A stretch of DNA of 64,000 bases, from the NCBI GenBank assembly GCA_051294905.1, contig CM119372.1:9426001-9490000 (forward strand). The letters run 5' to 3'. The notes below the pieces were generated by a model that did not search any database, was not told the origin of the DNA, and was given only the letters and a program-made list of their open reading frames with translations. Below, piece by piece: positions 1 to 13,962 of this stretch (its first letter is position 1; the number at the start of each line of letters is the position of its first letter). This DNA comes from Botryllus schlosseri. Its lineage: Eukaryota. The translations under genes were made by a program, and so were the position numbers.

Positions 1-165
1 GAATTTCTCGCGTCGCTGTTCTTACGGCGATAAAATAAGACCAGAAAAAGACACAATGAAAGAGGGCACTTACAAGGAATGGAAAGATCTAGAAAGAGCC
101 GCTGAATAGAGAATAACACCGAAAAAAGTAACTTTGAAATCAGGCACTAAAAGGAAAGGACGTAG
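1..165 (+). mobile_element. Partial SINE (family A body), truncated by window start
   Basis: Aligns by eye to 17570-17720 (e.g. GCACT-ACAAGGAATGGAAAGA-CTAG shared), which follows a tRNA-like head. Confidence 0.6.
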
Positions 166-360
166 TTCATTTTGGTACATGATGTTTTTGCGGCATATAC
201 ACCGACTCATGATATACATACACACGTTCTGCACATATGCATACCATGAGTGCATGACGTGCATATGCCGCTGGACAAGGGAAGGTGCAGATATAGCCTT
301 GTAGGGCTTTCTAAGTCTTGCACCACCTCTCCATGCTATCCCACTAATGCATGATATGTA

Positions 361-1049
361 CCGTAATTTTCCATGTATAATGCGCAATATTTTCACGACT
401 TTTTGCCCTAAAATAGGGGGGTGCGTATTATACATGGGAACAGCAGGCCTTGAAAAAAATCTCCCTCCATAAAAAACTTGAAATCACACCTATCTTCATG
501 TTTGTTTCCAAACGCGCATCACTTTCAGCCATCGCGCGTAGTAATTTGTATTATAGAGTGTAACGCGCTGCCAATTAACGAGAGTCGTGTGCACAAGCAC
601 GCGATCTCCTGCTGAGTTGGTTTGCCGTTTGTACGCGAGCGCAATTAGGTCACTAATGGACACTCGCGCGCGGCAATTCTCGCCAATTCATCGCTTCAAC
701 GACAGGCCCGAACAATCGCATATGCAATTTATACGTATACAAGAGGCCATGTGCGCAAGATATAATCGCTTGCGTAATCAGTCTCATCTCCAACAGACCT
801 GTTGCGCATGACATAACCGTTGGCCTATGCGCAATCGCATCTGTAATAGGCATCGTGCGCAAGATGTCGGTTCGTTGTCGCTACCCTGAACTATCGCGCA
901 GAATGACATCGTATACGAAATCGGAACTATTCATGTACTGAAATGCAGGGTGCGTACTATACATGGGTACAGGCTTTTTCCCAGAATTTACATGCTATTT
1001 TAGGGGTGCGTATTATATATGGGGGCGTACTATACTTGGAAAATTACAG
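361..1049. mobile_element. Tc1/mariner(pogo)-type non-autonomous element (MITE)
   Basis: TIRs CCGTAATTTTCCATGTATA / TATACTTGGAAAATTACAG flanked by TA on both sides (359-360, 1050-1051); subterminal GGGTGCGTA(C/T)TATA repeats; no transposase ORF. Confidence 0.8.
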
Positions 1050-1272
1050 TATATGTGTACAAGCCTCGCTCAACAGCTCATGGCTAGAGTTACATGTGGA
1101 TGTGACTACTGCCAATACAAGTTGGGGTCTTCACTCCCATCATTCCCTAGACACATCTTCTTTACCCATTACGTGAGAAACCATGCATCATCAATGGTCA
1201 CGGGGAGCTCTTCTCGGCGCGGTGCGTGTATCAAAGAATTGCCAAATCTTTATCAGGTTTGATATCCTAGAA

Positions 1273-2237
1273 CAGTGGTTCCCAACCTTTTTTCACCCAC
1301 GTACCATTTCGAGGTTTTATGCAGTGCTCGCGTACCACCTACATAAGTTACGCGCGCCGAAGGCGGCCAAAAATTTTGCTGTAATTTATGACGTCATAAT
1401 CACGTATTTGACCTATGCGAAGCGTAATAGCAAATGCTATTAAACTAGGCATTATCAGCCAGGGTTGATGGGACGCATGGAATTGTTTTTTCACCACCAG
1501 TCACAAGAAGAACAACATAATAATAATAATGAAAAAACAGCAAACTACAAACGTTAATTTATTTAATGCGATGGCTGCATTTGTTTATTTTCCACTAGCT
1601 CAGCGATTCTTCAACATTTTTAGACACGCCCCCTTTTACGATAGAGAAAAACACCCCCCCCCCCCCTTATCTTCACATCACAAAATGCAACCAGAATGCT
1701 AGCAATCACAGCGAATAATGGTGGGTTATGATAGTTAATAAGATGTTCTCAAACATGCAATTAGGACTATACAGAAGGCAAAAACAATGAGATGGAGGTA
1801 AATCGCGCCGAGCGCGAAAAATTTTTTCAGTTGGCCGCAGCTTCGCGCCCCCTTCCGATGCTTTCATGCCCCCCAAGGGGAGGGAGGGGCAGTTGGAGAA
1901 ACACTGCACTAGCTGGTCAATGCGTGGCATATGTTTGCTCAAAGCGCATCGAAAGTCATGCATTGGCGCAACAAGTCGGTTTCGTTTCTTCGACTTGGTA
2001 GTCATCAGAGATGAAAATCCTTGCTCGCACTCCCACGTAGAAGGTAAAATTAGCAGCTGGGGAATAGCTTGAGAAGCTAGAGTCGAGTACGAGGAGGTCA
2101 TGCTAAGCCTGATGTTTATTGGAGAACAATCTTTGTGTTCAACCCCACCTGAACTAATAACTCCCTTCGATCGAAAAAAAAACAGAATCTGCTCGCGTAC
2201 CACTAGTGGTACGCGTACCACAGGTTGGGAACCACTG
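1273..2237 (-). mobile_element. hAT (Charlie/Buster-type) deletion derivative retaining transposase C-terminus, in the DNAH10 intron
   Basis: Perfect 15-bp TIR CAGTGGTTCCCAACC; perfect 8-bp TSD TCCTAGAA (1265-1272, 2238-2245). Minus strand encodes LPSTWECEQGFSSLMTTKSKKRNRL...PRIDQLV and, after removing the nested insert, ENKQMQPSH*, the typical Buster-family end. Confidence 0.93.
1601..1906. mobile_element. hAT MITE nested in the Charlie-like element
   Basis: Imperfect TIRs CAGCGATTCTTCAAC / GTTGGAGAAACACTG; perfect TSD CACTAGCT (1593-1600, 1907-1914); interrupts the transposase reading frame. Confidence 0.88.
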
Positions 2238-2263
2238 TCCTAGAATATGATGTGCATATTTAC

Positions 2264-2483
2264 CATATTCAACCTCCACCTCTTCTTCGACTTCAATGGT
2301 TTGCTTGTAAAACAAAAGCGTGTGGGTTCCTTCCTCCTGTGTGGACATGTTGAAGAATCGCAGCATATTAAGTTCGTTGTTACCGTCATCGCGAGACAGC
2401 AGATCCTCAAAAACATCCTGACTCTTCACATTCAGACCAAGAGATATTTTATTGATCATCCACTCCAAACGGGGATCATCCAT
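2264..2483 (-). CDS. DNAH10: Dynein axonemal heavy chain 10, first coding exon (gene continues off the left edge)
   Basis: MDDPRLEWMINKISLGLNVKSQDVFEDLLSRDDGNNELNMLRFFNMSTQEEGTHTLLFYKQTIEVEEEVEVEY resembles the recalled vertebrate DNAH10 N-terminus (MDD.R..W...FEDLL.RDDG...FLN...EEG...EEVEVE). ATG at 2483, phase-1 donor G|GTAAAT at 2264/2263. Confidence 0.85.
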
Positions 2484-3185
2484 ATTCACAGTGCTCAGAG
2501 CCCAAAGGGGGCTGAACTCGTTAGAAAAAAATCAATAATAAAATGAAACTGAAACCTCAGAACATATGAAATCTAAGTCAAATTCACGTTCACAGAATGT
2601 GTCTACGCAGCGGGCTATAGTACCTACACTCGTTTTATGCTCATGCTCAGTATAGCTTTTACGAAAATTCTTCCGAAAATCAGAAGGAACTGGCAGTAAC
2701 ACAATTCATGAATGGAAAAGTGATAATTTTACAAATTTTATAGTATGTTACTACATTTTTGGGTTACCGCAGGAATGTTATATGGCATTCTGCACAGATA
2801 ATAGTGGTCTAGTGTGCAGAGCTTGAAGGAATAAACACGATTATGATGCCCAACGTCATAACAAAATGAAAGCCTTTATCATTTTTCTCCAGCCTTTAAA
2901 CCCCATACAAATCAGCTTTTTAGCACAACAGTTCTGCTGTTAATTATCGATCGTGTTGTACGTACGGTAACGTTCCGAAATCCTAATAAGAACATTATAG
3001 TATAGCATCTCATTTTGAATAATTTCATAGATTAACTTATACTATACAGGTACTTTACCGGTAACGCTGAAGTGGCCAATGCTTTCTTGTAATACAAATA
3101 TCTCGATATAGTAAAGTAAAAACACCGTTCCAAACATGTTGATTTGATTATTTAATTCAAAACCATCCATATCCAGCTGATGACA

Positions 3186-3199
3186 GTTACTATGGTGAC
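3186..3199 (-). promoter_or_regulatory. RFX X-box upstream of DNAH10
   Basis: GTCACCATAGTAAC (minus strand) matches X-box consensus GTYNCYATRGNAAC, about 700 bp upstream of the ATG of a motile-cilia gene. Confidence 0.65.
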
Positions 3200-3655
3200 G
3201 ATTCCGCATGCTTGATTTTGGTAATACACAATCGCTAGGTGGTGTCTACAGTTATATTTCTCGAAATCTCGAATCTCAAAATAAGTTAGGAATCTATAGT
3301 TTGACAGCAATCTGCTGCGTATCAACTGTGTAAATTACTAATATGTTACAATAGTCTCTTATATATGTGGTTTGAGCTTCGATTAGGACCATAAACCAGT
3401 GATTCGCAGCTTTTTCAGCTTGCGGCACACTGGAAAATTTATAAATAGCACACGGCACCTGAAAGAAAATAAATGTTCTTTAAAAAAATGTTTTCTCGTG
3501 CTTGTCTATACGAACATATACGGCTTGGGCGCATGTTCATATTACCATCAATCTGCATTTGATTGGAATATAGTTATGACTGCTTTTGCATCGATCATGG
3601 AACCAACCAATCAGCCATTAACTCATCCAAGTAATTTCTACTAAATGAATACTAG

Positions 3656-3907
3656 AGAGAGAGTTGATATTCTTTTTCGCCTGCACCATCGAGATGCTTT
3701 GACGACGGAGTTGCGATACGGCCCCATGAGGTCATCTAGTCTGCGCCCCCGTTTTTTTCTCCTCCATGCTATCCGTGATTGCTGAGCGCCTAGCAGGATA
3801 GCTGCGGATACCAATTTTCGAGTCTTTGGTATGACCCGGCCGGGGATCGAATCCACGACCTACCGCTCGAGAAGCCGGACGCACAACCGTTACACTATCT
3901 CGCTCGG
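3656..3907 (-). mobile_element. tRNA-derived SINE (family B, Meta/MESC-like core)
   Basis: Minus strand has A-box-like TAGTGTAACGG, B-box GGATTCGATCCC, then GGGTCATACCAAAGACT...AAAATTGGTA...CTGCTAGGCGCTCAGCA core and a (CT)n tail; further copies at 13125-13276 and about 47840-47900. Confidence 0.8.
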
Positions 3908-3979
3908 AAGCGTCGACTATTGCATATTATATTCATAATGAAATGAACCCGAATATTTTCGGCTGACACTCGCCAGGAG

Positions 3980-5876
3980 CAGTGGCGTAGCAGCCACTTG
4001 GCGGTTCTGGCTCTGCGCCAGGGGCGACAGGCTCCAAGGGGGCGGAAAAATGAGACTGCACAGTGTACACAGCCGGCTAAAAGCAGCGTAAAAGCTAAAA
4101 TTCAATCAAAGTGGTCTCAAACAAAAGCTAGTGTCTCGCTGATTCCGAATATGTTAACATGGCAATGGAACCACTCGTAAAAAGCCGTCAAGGCCGGTTG
4201 TTCCTAACGATGGGAGCGCCGCAACACAATGACCAATTGACCATGATAATGGAAATTATATCGAGCGATTATTCGGAAAAATGCCGATTTTCAGACCAGC
4301 ATTTTAATTGTATTTCCGGAATCAGGGCAGCGATAGCTTTAGATTAGATTAAGATCAGTATTGTTAAATTTGACCGCTCGGAGGGCCTGGCCAACAATAG
4401 GATGACCATGACCAATTATGCTGCTTTTCGCTGTCTCAGCAGTAGGCTTGTCTGGGTATTCAAGTGTGACAACTATAAGTTGCCCATCTATCTGTAGGTT
4501 AGTGATCTATACTCTGGGTTACGATTGGGTACACCAGACTCAGATAGCTGTGAAGATAAACCGGTCCTAGTAACTGTTTGAGTTGGTAATAATTGTCAGA
4601 TTGACAGATTGTGCGTAAATTTATATAAGTGTTAATTAAGACTCGAAAATGAAATACATTCGTTCGCTATTTCTTGTCTCTATTATTTTTGACCTTATTA
4701 CCGTTGAGACGGTGAGGCTGATGCGCGGCATATTATTGGTAATAATTTTAATTGAAAAGACCAGTGTTGGGATCAAGTCACTACCTTCGAGTCACGAGTC
4801 ATTTCGATTCATTGCACATTTTAACTCGAGTCAAGTCAAGTCAATCGATTTTCGAAGGTGACTCGATGAGTCAAGTCATTAAGTCACTCGATTTTTGGAG
4901 GTGACTCGAGTCAAGTCGAGTCAAGTCAAGTCAAGTCGAGTCAAGTCAAGTCAAGTCACGAGTCAAGTCACAATTCAAGTCAAGTTGCCTTTTCGAAGTA
5001 TGAGGTATGATTACGTCATTTCATTTTGCTAGCTGTTCGAAATACTGATTGCGTCGTCATTGATTTTGAACAGATGAACGAATATAGAGTTGAATATACA
5101 CGCAAGAAGGCATTGTATCGCTCACATATACGTAAAACTGCTAATTGCATAGCCTCAGTTTATAATTACCAGACGAAATAGAGAATAGAGAAACGAATTG
5201 ATAAGATGCAATACATTACCCATTAACAAATTGATATGATACAATTCGAGCCTGCGCCAATGGCTGAGGACTAGATAAACTATATTCGAAGTCAATTAAT
5301 AAAACAAGAGGCTTGGTTAAGGTAAGAACAGAGAACAGAAATAGACATTTTGCTATTAAATTACTTTACTATACTAGTTTACGACAACGTAAGCTGTAAG
5401 GTTCGATAACTTCGTTTGCGGTCAATTTATTTGTGAGATGTCAATTTATTTGTGAGATAACAATGGAGGCTCAGTAAAACGCACGATCATTGAATGATTG
5501 GTCGCTCTCACGGGTTACACCAGCGTTTCGCGAACAATCCGAAGATATGCAAGATACAGTGATTTTTATCAACACCTATTACTTGATGACTTGAAATTGA
5601 CTCGTGAATTTTGCTCCGAGTCACGAGTCAATCCACATTTCTGATACGACGAGTCAAGTCAAGTCAAGTCAATTTAGCAAAGTGACTCGAGTCAAGTCAA
5701 GTCATACGAAAAAGGTGACTCGAGTCTGACTCGAGTCAAGTCATGACTCGAGTCATCCCAACACTGCTTGAACATGAATATATGTCGAAATTTGCTGCGG
5801 TCTACTTATAGGGGTGGGGGGAGGGCGGCATTTTAAGCGAGAGTCAGGGGCGGCAGCATATGCTGCTACGCCAGTG
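3980..5876. mobile_element. Non-autonomous hAT-like element with CAGTGGCGTAGCAGC TIRs
   Basis: TIRs 14/15 identical; degenerate 8-bp TSD GCCAGGAG/GTCAGGGG; an empty-site paralogue of the flanks occurs at 49301-49352. Confidence 0.72.
4762..5766. mobile_element. MITE with (GAGTCAAGTC/AAGTC)n subterminal arrays, nested in the previous element
   Basis: TIR CAGTGTTGGGAT / ATCCCAACACTG; dense GAGTCAAGTC arrays at 4780-4985 and 5590-5755; no clean TSD; related sequence at 63530-63980. Confidence 0.8.
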
Positions 5877-5904
5877 GTCAGGGGTATGATAAATGAATAC
5901 TAGT

Positions 5905-6175
5905 CCGCGCTCAAGATTACCGGACGACGACCTGACCTTTCGGACTCTCCTTCCGTGATATGCAAGCCCGTTTTGTCGCTTACTTTTTATATAATCTTCT
6001 TTCATTTTTATTCAGTATACAATACCTCCTCTTTACATTGTCTAGGCCAAAGGGGGTGTCTGATTTCAAATATACACTGCTCCAAATCGTTTAGACACCT
6101 TTCTTGCTATCTTTTCATTGTATCGCAATTTTGTGGTGTATTGAACTGATAAAAATTGCTGATAAACCGAACCGA
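5905..6175 (+). repeat. Dispersed retroposon-like repeat (family C 3' part)
   Basis: Homologous to 30505-30760 (minus), about 31500-31600 (minus, partial) and 58010-58170 (plus); shared CTAGGCC..GGTGG..GATTTCAAA..CTCCAA..CCTATCTTTTCATT..ATCGCA core. Confidence 0.7.
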
Positions 6176-7529
6176 ATTATGAAGAAATAGCACTTCGTAA
6201 ATCCACGAGCTGTTTTTATGCGGAAAGAATGCTTGATTCATTGCTTTCGAATGGATTACCTATAGCCAATAAAAGTTGTTAATAGCGGGTTCTTGGAAGT
6301 TATTTTGCAGCTTAAATTCAAGTCCAGACAATATGCTCGTGATTTCAGGAATGATTTCTTGTTTATCAGTTGATGCATAAAAGTGTGGAAAACCAATCAA
6401 AGTCGCTTGATTGTATGTATACATTATTTGCTGGGGGAGACATATTGGATATCACTGCCCTAAACCATCGGTGTTAGTATTATTTATCTGTACAATAGGC
6501 TACACTCGATGTAGCCTATTTAAATTTGACTTTAATGACATATAATAGGTCTCCTTGGAGACGCGCGCTGCAGACAAAATTTGGTTCCCTCCTAACCATT
6601 AGTATCGGAACATTTAAAATTCACAATTTCAAACATTCATTGATTTAAAACACCCCTAGAATACGGTATAGCGAAATGACTGCGTGATTATTGTCCTTTA
6701 TATGCTATTACTCAAATTCAGCTGCATATACCTTCTATTGACATGCTCTATAGGCCAGTAGGCCTACTTTCAACCTGTGGGCCATGGGCACCGGGGGCTG
6801 TGGACAATGATCCTTTTTCAGGGGGCCTGAACAAATTTGTAAAATTGTATATTTTTTAAATTTATCATCGCTAGGTCTACTGTATACACCAGTTCTTTAA
6901 TTAAAATGATGTTATTTTCGGAGGTTTGAAAGCAATATGGAGCCAGCGGGCCATTGAGCTTTACAAACTTCCAGAGGATCAGGACGGAAAATGGTTGGTG
7001 AAACAGAAACAGGGTTCGGATACATGCATTCACAATCATCTATGAAAAAATTGCTGATTAGGATGAAATTTGTCAACCTATAGTTAGCATCATTAAAATG
7101 ATAGTGATATAGTTCACTAAATACAATACTTTCCGCACTAAAATCGACGATGACCGTTGGTGTCCACTGTCCAGTGGGGTATAGCCAAAGGGTAGAATGT
7201 CACAATTGCCCCTCGAAATTTTCGACTGGGCCCCTAATGGCATTAGTTTTTTATTACATCATTATAGTTATTCGTGACGTCCTGTTAATATTTAAAAAAA
7301 AATCACATTCGCGAACGTGGTTGTCGCTTGTACGTGACGCACAAGGGAGTTACAGGGACATCTTTTTACCGTAGCTATCAATGTCCAGCACTGTCCTGGT
7401 GGGCGAAAGATTTTTATCGTTGACAATAAGTGTCTCAGATGCATTGACTACGAATATATCGATGAGTCGCTAATCATTAATCATAAACACGGCAACGGAG
7501 AGAGGAGTCGGCCACCGGTCCCAATCAAT

Positions 7530-7775
7530 TTTGATGTGACAAGTCTCGGACTCATTATCACAAATACGAAGTGGATTATCTGCGAATCACTCTCTTTCTT
7601 TATCTTCTCCTCAATTGTATATCACGAATTGTAAAAGCGAACCGGTGAGTTGATTTCGCAACGTAACTATGCGATCACAATAGGTCTGACGATGGTGAAT
7701 GAATACTTTAGCGTTAGGGGTAACATAACGCCGTGAAATATAACAATCACTTTGTACCGATTTCAGTCATACAGG
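7530..7775 (+). promoter_or_regulatory. Conserved upstream block of actin-1 (putative non-coding exon 1 with donor at 7645)
   Basis: Clearly homologous to about 13745-13962 upstream of actin-2, including CCG|GTGAGT donor-like site. Confidence 0.6.
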
Positions 7776-8736
7776 GTAGATCATGGAGGTACCATACACC
7801 CCGTAGCGCCGATGTAGTAGATAAGTATTTGTGATTGCGAACGATGTCTTTACCGCTTACAGCCCGTCTTGTAAAACTAACAACTGCGTGAGCATGATAT
7901 TTCATAGCTTCGCAGTATCAACGCGACTGTTTGATCAGAATCTTAGAAGAAGGAATATTTTACAGTGAGTGATAGGCGGGCGAGTGGATGTGCGAGATTG
8001 AGTTGCGAACGGTCAAACGCCATATATCGAGTGTTGAAACCTTCGTTTCTTCGACGAGGCTCATGCGAGTCGGGCACATCCTTGCTTAGATGATGCTATA
8101 TTAGATTACGCTTTGTAGTTTTTCTGATCCTTGACCAGAATATATCTTACCCTATCTGTCGGGATGTAATAGTGCTTCTCCGTATACGTCGAGTCAGAGC
8201 TGACATGCGGGTTGCTCCGATCGACTTCACCAATAACGTTTACAACAACATCCTATTAATTATTACGAGTTTATGCTTCTGAATGTCAGACCGCGTGCAT
8301 AACCAGAAATGCATGATGAAACTCCCTGGATTGACAAGCACTTATTGAATTCATATTTATACAATGTCGGTTTACATGCTTTACTTGAAAAAAGGAATGA
8401 GCTTCCGCAAAACCTCGACATAGCAAATTCGTAACCACATTATTGGAACCCACGTACGTACAGGTCGCTCTGATAACATAACATAACACTCAGGAAGTTA
8501 TAGGCCTGGCCTGTGTCGTCAATCGTGGACGTGGCAAATCGCCTAACAGACTCGAGAAATTCCAGGCATTGTGACGTCATCTGGCGCGTTCATGTCTTTC
8601 ATACTTGTGATACACATATTTAATAAAACCTGTGCATCGCATAATTTTAATTATGAAAACTTTCACGCGAATGGCTGTTTAACAATGTCATTTTCTATTC
8701 CCTCGCAAATAAGCCTAGCAAAATTACGCATAATAA

Positions 8737-10066
<1,330 letters not shown>

Positions 10067-11264
10067 AGAAATTTATGTTGTCGTTAGTATTCTCAGATAT
10101 CGACTTCGTATGATGATTTTCTTGAATATATAATGCAAGCTGCATTCTTTTAATCGAGTGACGACCCATCATTTGCTTTCAAGTTATATATACGCTTGTA
10201 TCTACAAATACACATTTATGAATTTCACAATCGTTACACTAATGAGTAGCCAATAATTCGCGTTTGGCATGTTATAGCCGTTCTCGGGATGATTCCACAA
10301 TAAACTTAAAAGCATATAAAATTGAGGCCTTGGTGATTCGTTGCGTTGGAAATACGATTGAATTATAGAGATCTCTCTAATTGAATGACCGCTTGATCCA
10401 AGATTCGGTCGGTATCACAAAATATAGGCGTGGCGTGCTCATGCCCATGCAAGTTTTACAGGGGACAATAAAATAAATAGGTTTGGGGGCTGCTGGTGAA
10501 TATTGATACACGTGACGAGAGGTCATTCTGTCGTGAACATGCCGGTCTAGCTATAGAAATGAAAAAGCGTCCGATATTTTAGTTTCGGGCATTTGCGATG
10601 TTTTTCTATAATTGCGTCACAATGTATCTGCGTAGGCTATATAAACTCCAATGTTCACTTTTACACATGTAAATTCAATGCCCGCGAACAGCAGCATTCA
10701 AAGGTTGTTTTCGAATAGGTTGTCATCCGCAAATTATATTTTCTTCGTCAAGTAATATCAGGGTGAAGTCCTGTATGCAAGACTCAATCATGCAGGTCAG
10801 CGTAGTCTACCAGTGCTGATTTTGATTATCGAAATTTACCTTCTCCGCCTTGATTGTCCTGGATACTATTATTGGCTATGGGTGGGCGTTGCAGGTTCGC
10901 AATGATCAAACTAGTCAGGATCACACTTTCTGGAATCCATGTTACAATTCTAACGTGTTGTATCGAATAGAAGAGTTGTCTGTCTGTACATATCACTTCA
11001 ACATATTAGGTTAGGGGGAATTCATAATGCTGCAAAACATAATACTATACGTTCACATTCGAGATAAACCAGTGCTGTCTCTCTCCCAGTCCCCTATATG
11101 AAGGACCATAACTGGCGCACACTAAACTCCTCAGTTGGAGGGGCCCAAAATTATTTCGTAAAACAACTTGAATTGTAAACTATTTTTTGGATAGTCATCG
11201 AAATTTTGTCAAATTTTCTTCGCGCCTCGCGCTATTTATTGTAGCCAGCTGTCTTATTACTACC

Positions 11265-12744
11265 CCCTAGAAAAAAAAGCATAACGCACAATTTTTGTTG
11301 ACTTTGATCAGACAATTGAGGTCGACTAACTTTGGGCGCTGAATTCAAAAACGACTTCCGTTTTTCTCTATCACGTCACGTTTTTGGGTTAGGCACCCAC
11401 CGCATTGTCTCATAACCCACATAAAAGTGCTACTTTGAATATTTTGTGATTATTGTATGAAACGTTTCAAAAACCACAAGCAGTCGAAAGTGAATCAATA
11501 GACCTCAAATAAACATTGGCACTGCTTTGTTTGGTTGATTTAAACTGATATTGCATCTGTAGGACAATTTATATGTGAGTTTCAGGGTCCAAATTTACAT
11601 GAATAACTCATAATTCTGTGGGTTGTCTCGTTTGATACTCTAGCAACAGTCAGCTAACATATGTAAGCTCCAATCTACTCCGGTATCCCCATCATCTTCA
11701 GATATTGGAGGATACTTTCTCCTTGCCCATCGTTTACAATGCCAAGGTTTTCCGGTAAATTATTTAGACACATATGATCCAATCGCACTTGTGATATTGC
11801 AACAATTCAATGTTTCTATATTATTCCCAATGTTTCTGTATTATTCACGAATACTAACTGAGTGTGCAATTGTTACTGCACCTAAGACGTTGTCATTTTG
11901 GAGAATGCCACACTGTAGGATCCTTTTTGAGCTACCAATAGACATTTGTCATTCACTTGAGTTGTAAATCGGGATTCCTAACTCTGCCAGCAACCCATGG
12001 TAACAGTATGATGCCAATTCCAGTATCACGGCAATACACAAAGCTACCGAAAGTAGCCCTACAATTAAAACGCCGTTTCTCGTGATCGAAAGTGAGATAT
12101 CTTCACTCTATTGCGAAGTATTTTTTCTCAATTCGGATGCTAAAAGTATACCGAATATTTATCTTCCAAGTACCAAAGCCTATGTCAGATCATTTAACTT
12201 GTGTTGATGGACTATTCCACGTTCTGAACCATCTTCGATTTCAAATTCGTCATCATCAGGCCTGCTATCCCTATGATCTTCATCTTGATCCAAATTACCG
12301 AGCGTAAAGGAGTTTCAAGTTACACTGTGGATACGCTGAATCGGACATTGGACCTCTAGCTGATAGTGAATGTAATGTTTATTTTTCATGTCAAATCCTG
12401 AAGTTTACATCAAATATGTGTCCGACATATCATCGGATGATTGCATCCTCTAACCACAAATGGGTGAATCATCGGCCTAGTACGATACCAGTACCTCTTC
12501 CCTAATCATTCAATTTACCCCTATCTTATTATATGATAAAAGTGTGGATTTCTATGGAAAACTAATATGGCTAAATTCGTGAAAAATTGCATATTTTGGG
12601 CATATGTCGTAGAGCAAAAACTTGACGTGATAGAAGAAAACCAATGGCATTTTGGGAATCAGCACGCCAAAATTAGCCTAAACCCTAAACCAAGTGCAAA
12701 ATCGCGAAGTCAACAAATTTTTCGTTCAAAATTCTTACCCAGTG
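11265..12744 (-). mobile_element. Decayed Chapaev3-like (CMC) DNA transposon
   Basis: Right end ...TTCTTACCCAGTG (CAC terminus); subterminal inverted similarity (TTTGTTGACTT, CTCTATCACGTCA). Minus-strand relics LPENLGIVNDGQGE, MLADCC*SIKRDNP and GLLAELGIPIYNSSE*QMSIGSSKR resemble the recalled family consensus FPENLGAVSDEQGERFHQ / MLADYCW / EWRLFIDSSKRSLK. Left boundary approximate. Confidence 0.72.
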
Positions 12745-13124
12745 TAGTTTGTGGCGATATAGGCATCTCGGCGTCGGTCATAACCGCGTCACGACACATC
12801 AAGACGTTCATAATGACTTTTCGACTGACATGCGACTCTGCAAAGTGTGCTGCCAAAAAGCTAGGCGGCTATGAGGAGATGTTGACCCAAAAGGACCGCT
12901 TCATGTTGGCTAAAACCGATATACATATGTCGAATATTCCCTTGTCCATAGGCGCACGAATGGATAGCTCCTAATATTCTTGTCCTGGCAATCTGAGTCC
13001 CACATTACAATGTCACCCGTAGACAAAAACTATATGCGCCCTGTGAAGAAATGACAATTTGAATCGCACGGAATAAGTTCTATATGTATATGACGTTTAT
13101 GGGACGTTTAAGCGATTCTGTATA

Positions 13125-13276
13125 GAGAGATATGATATTCTTTTTTCGCCTGCACCATCGAGATGCTGTGACGACGGATAACTGCGGATACCGATTTTCG
13201 AGGCTTTGGTATGACCCGGCCGGGGATCGAGCCCACGACCTACCGACGCATATAACCATTAAACTGTCTCGCTCGG
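13125..13276 (-). mobile_element. tRNA-derived SINE family B, internally deleted copy
   Basis: Near-identical to 3656-3907 but lacks about 90 bp between GACGACGGA and GGATA(A/G)CTGCGG. Confidence 0.8.
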
Positions 13277-13744
13277 TAGCGGGCGACACGAAATAATCAC
13301 ATACAACAAAGGTATTGATAACAAGGGGCCCGCCCGCAGATGTATAATTATTTATTACGGGCTCAAAATTTTCAATGACACCAATTATTAATTTGTCAGT
13401 GATATATGCAATTCCAATTTCATTGACCGAATTCTGCCGTGAATTTGATATTTTCGCGCTCCGCGCAACTAGGCAACGCCAGCTCCCATAGCACCGATAG
13501 CAAGGACACTATCATCGTGATAACGTACGTCGCAAAGGTGGGTCTGGTGGGCCAAGCCCCCCCCCCCCCCCCCCCAGAAGTTTGGTTTATCACCCCCATG
13601 ACGAAGTGCTGTTACGGTCCTGCCCGATGCCCATATACGTAATAGATATGATGTCTTTTCTATTGGCAGTCAAACTGGTTGAACAATACTAATAAAGCCA
13701 CAAGCAAAAGAAAGTAGCGATAAACGTGGTGACGCCCCATAAGA

Positions 13745-13962
13745 CTTTGATGTGATAAGTCTCCGACAAGAGCTTTTATTCTTTTATCTTCTACTCAATG
13801 GTGGATCTCGTAATTTAGAAGCGGACCGGTGAGTTTGATTTTGCAGCGTTACTATACGTGATCACAATAGGTCCAACGATAGTGAATGAACACTATCGCG
13901 TTAGGGGTAAGATGATACTGTGAAATATAAAAATCGCTTTGTATTGATTTCAGTCATACAGA
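13745..13962 (+). promoter_or_regulatory. Conserved upstream block of actin-2 (putative non-coding exon 1, donor at 13829)
   Basis: Homologous to 7530-7775. Confidence 0.6.

Noticed and set aside
11101..13622. Large element bounded by AGGACC(A/G)TAAC inverted repeats enclosing the Chapaev relic
   Set aside because: The TIR match is short and there is no convincing TSD.
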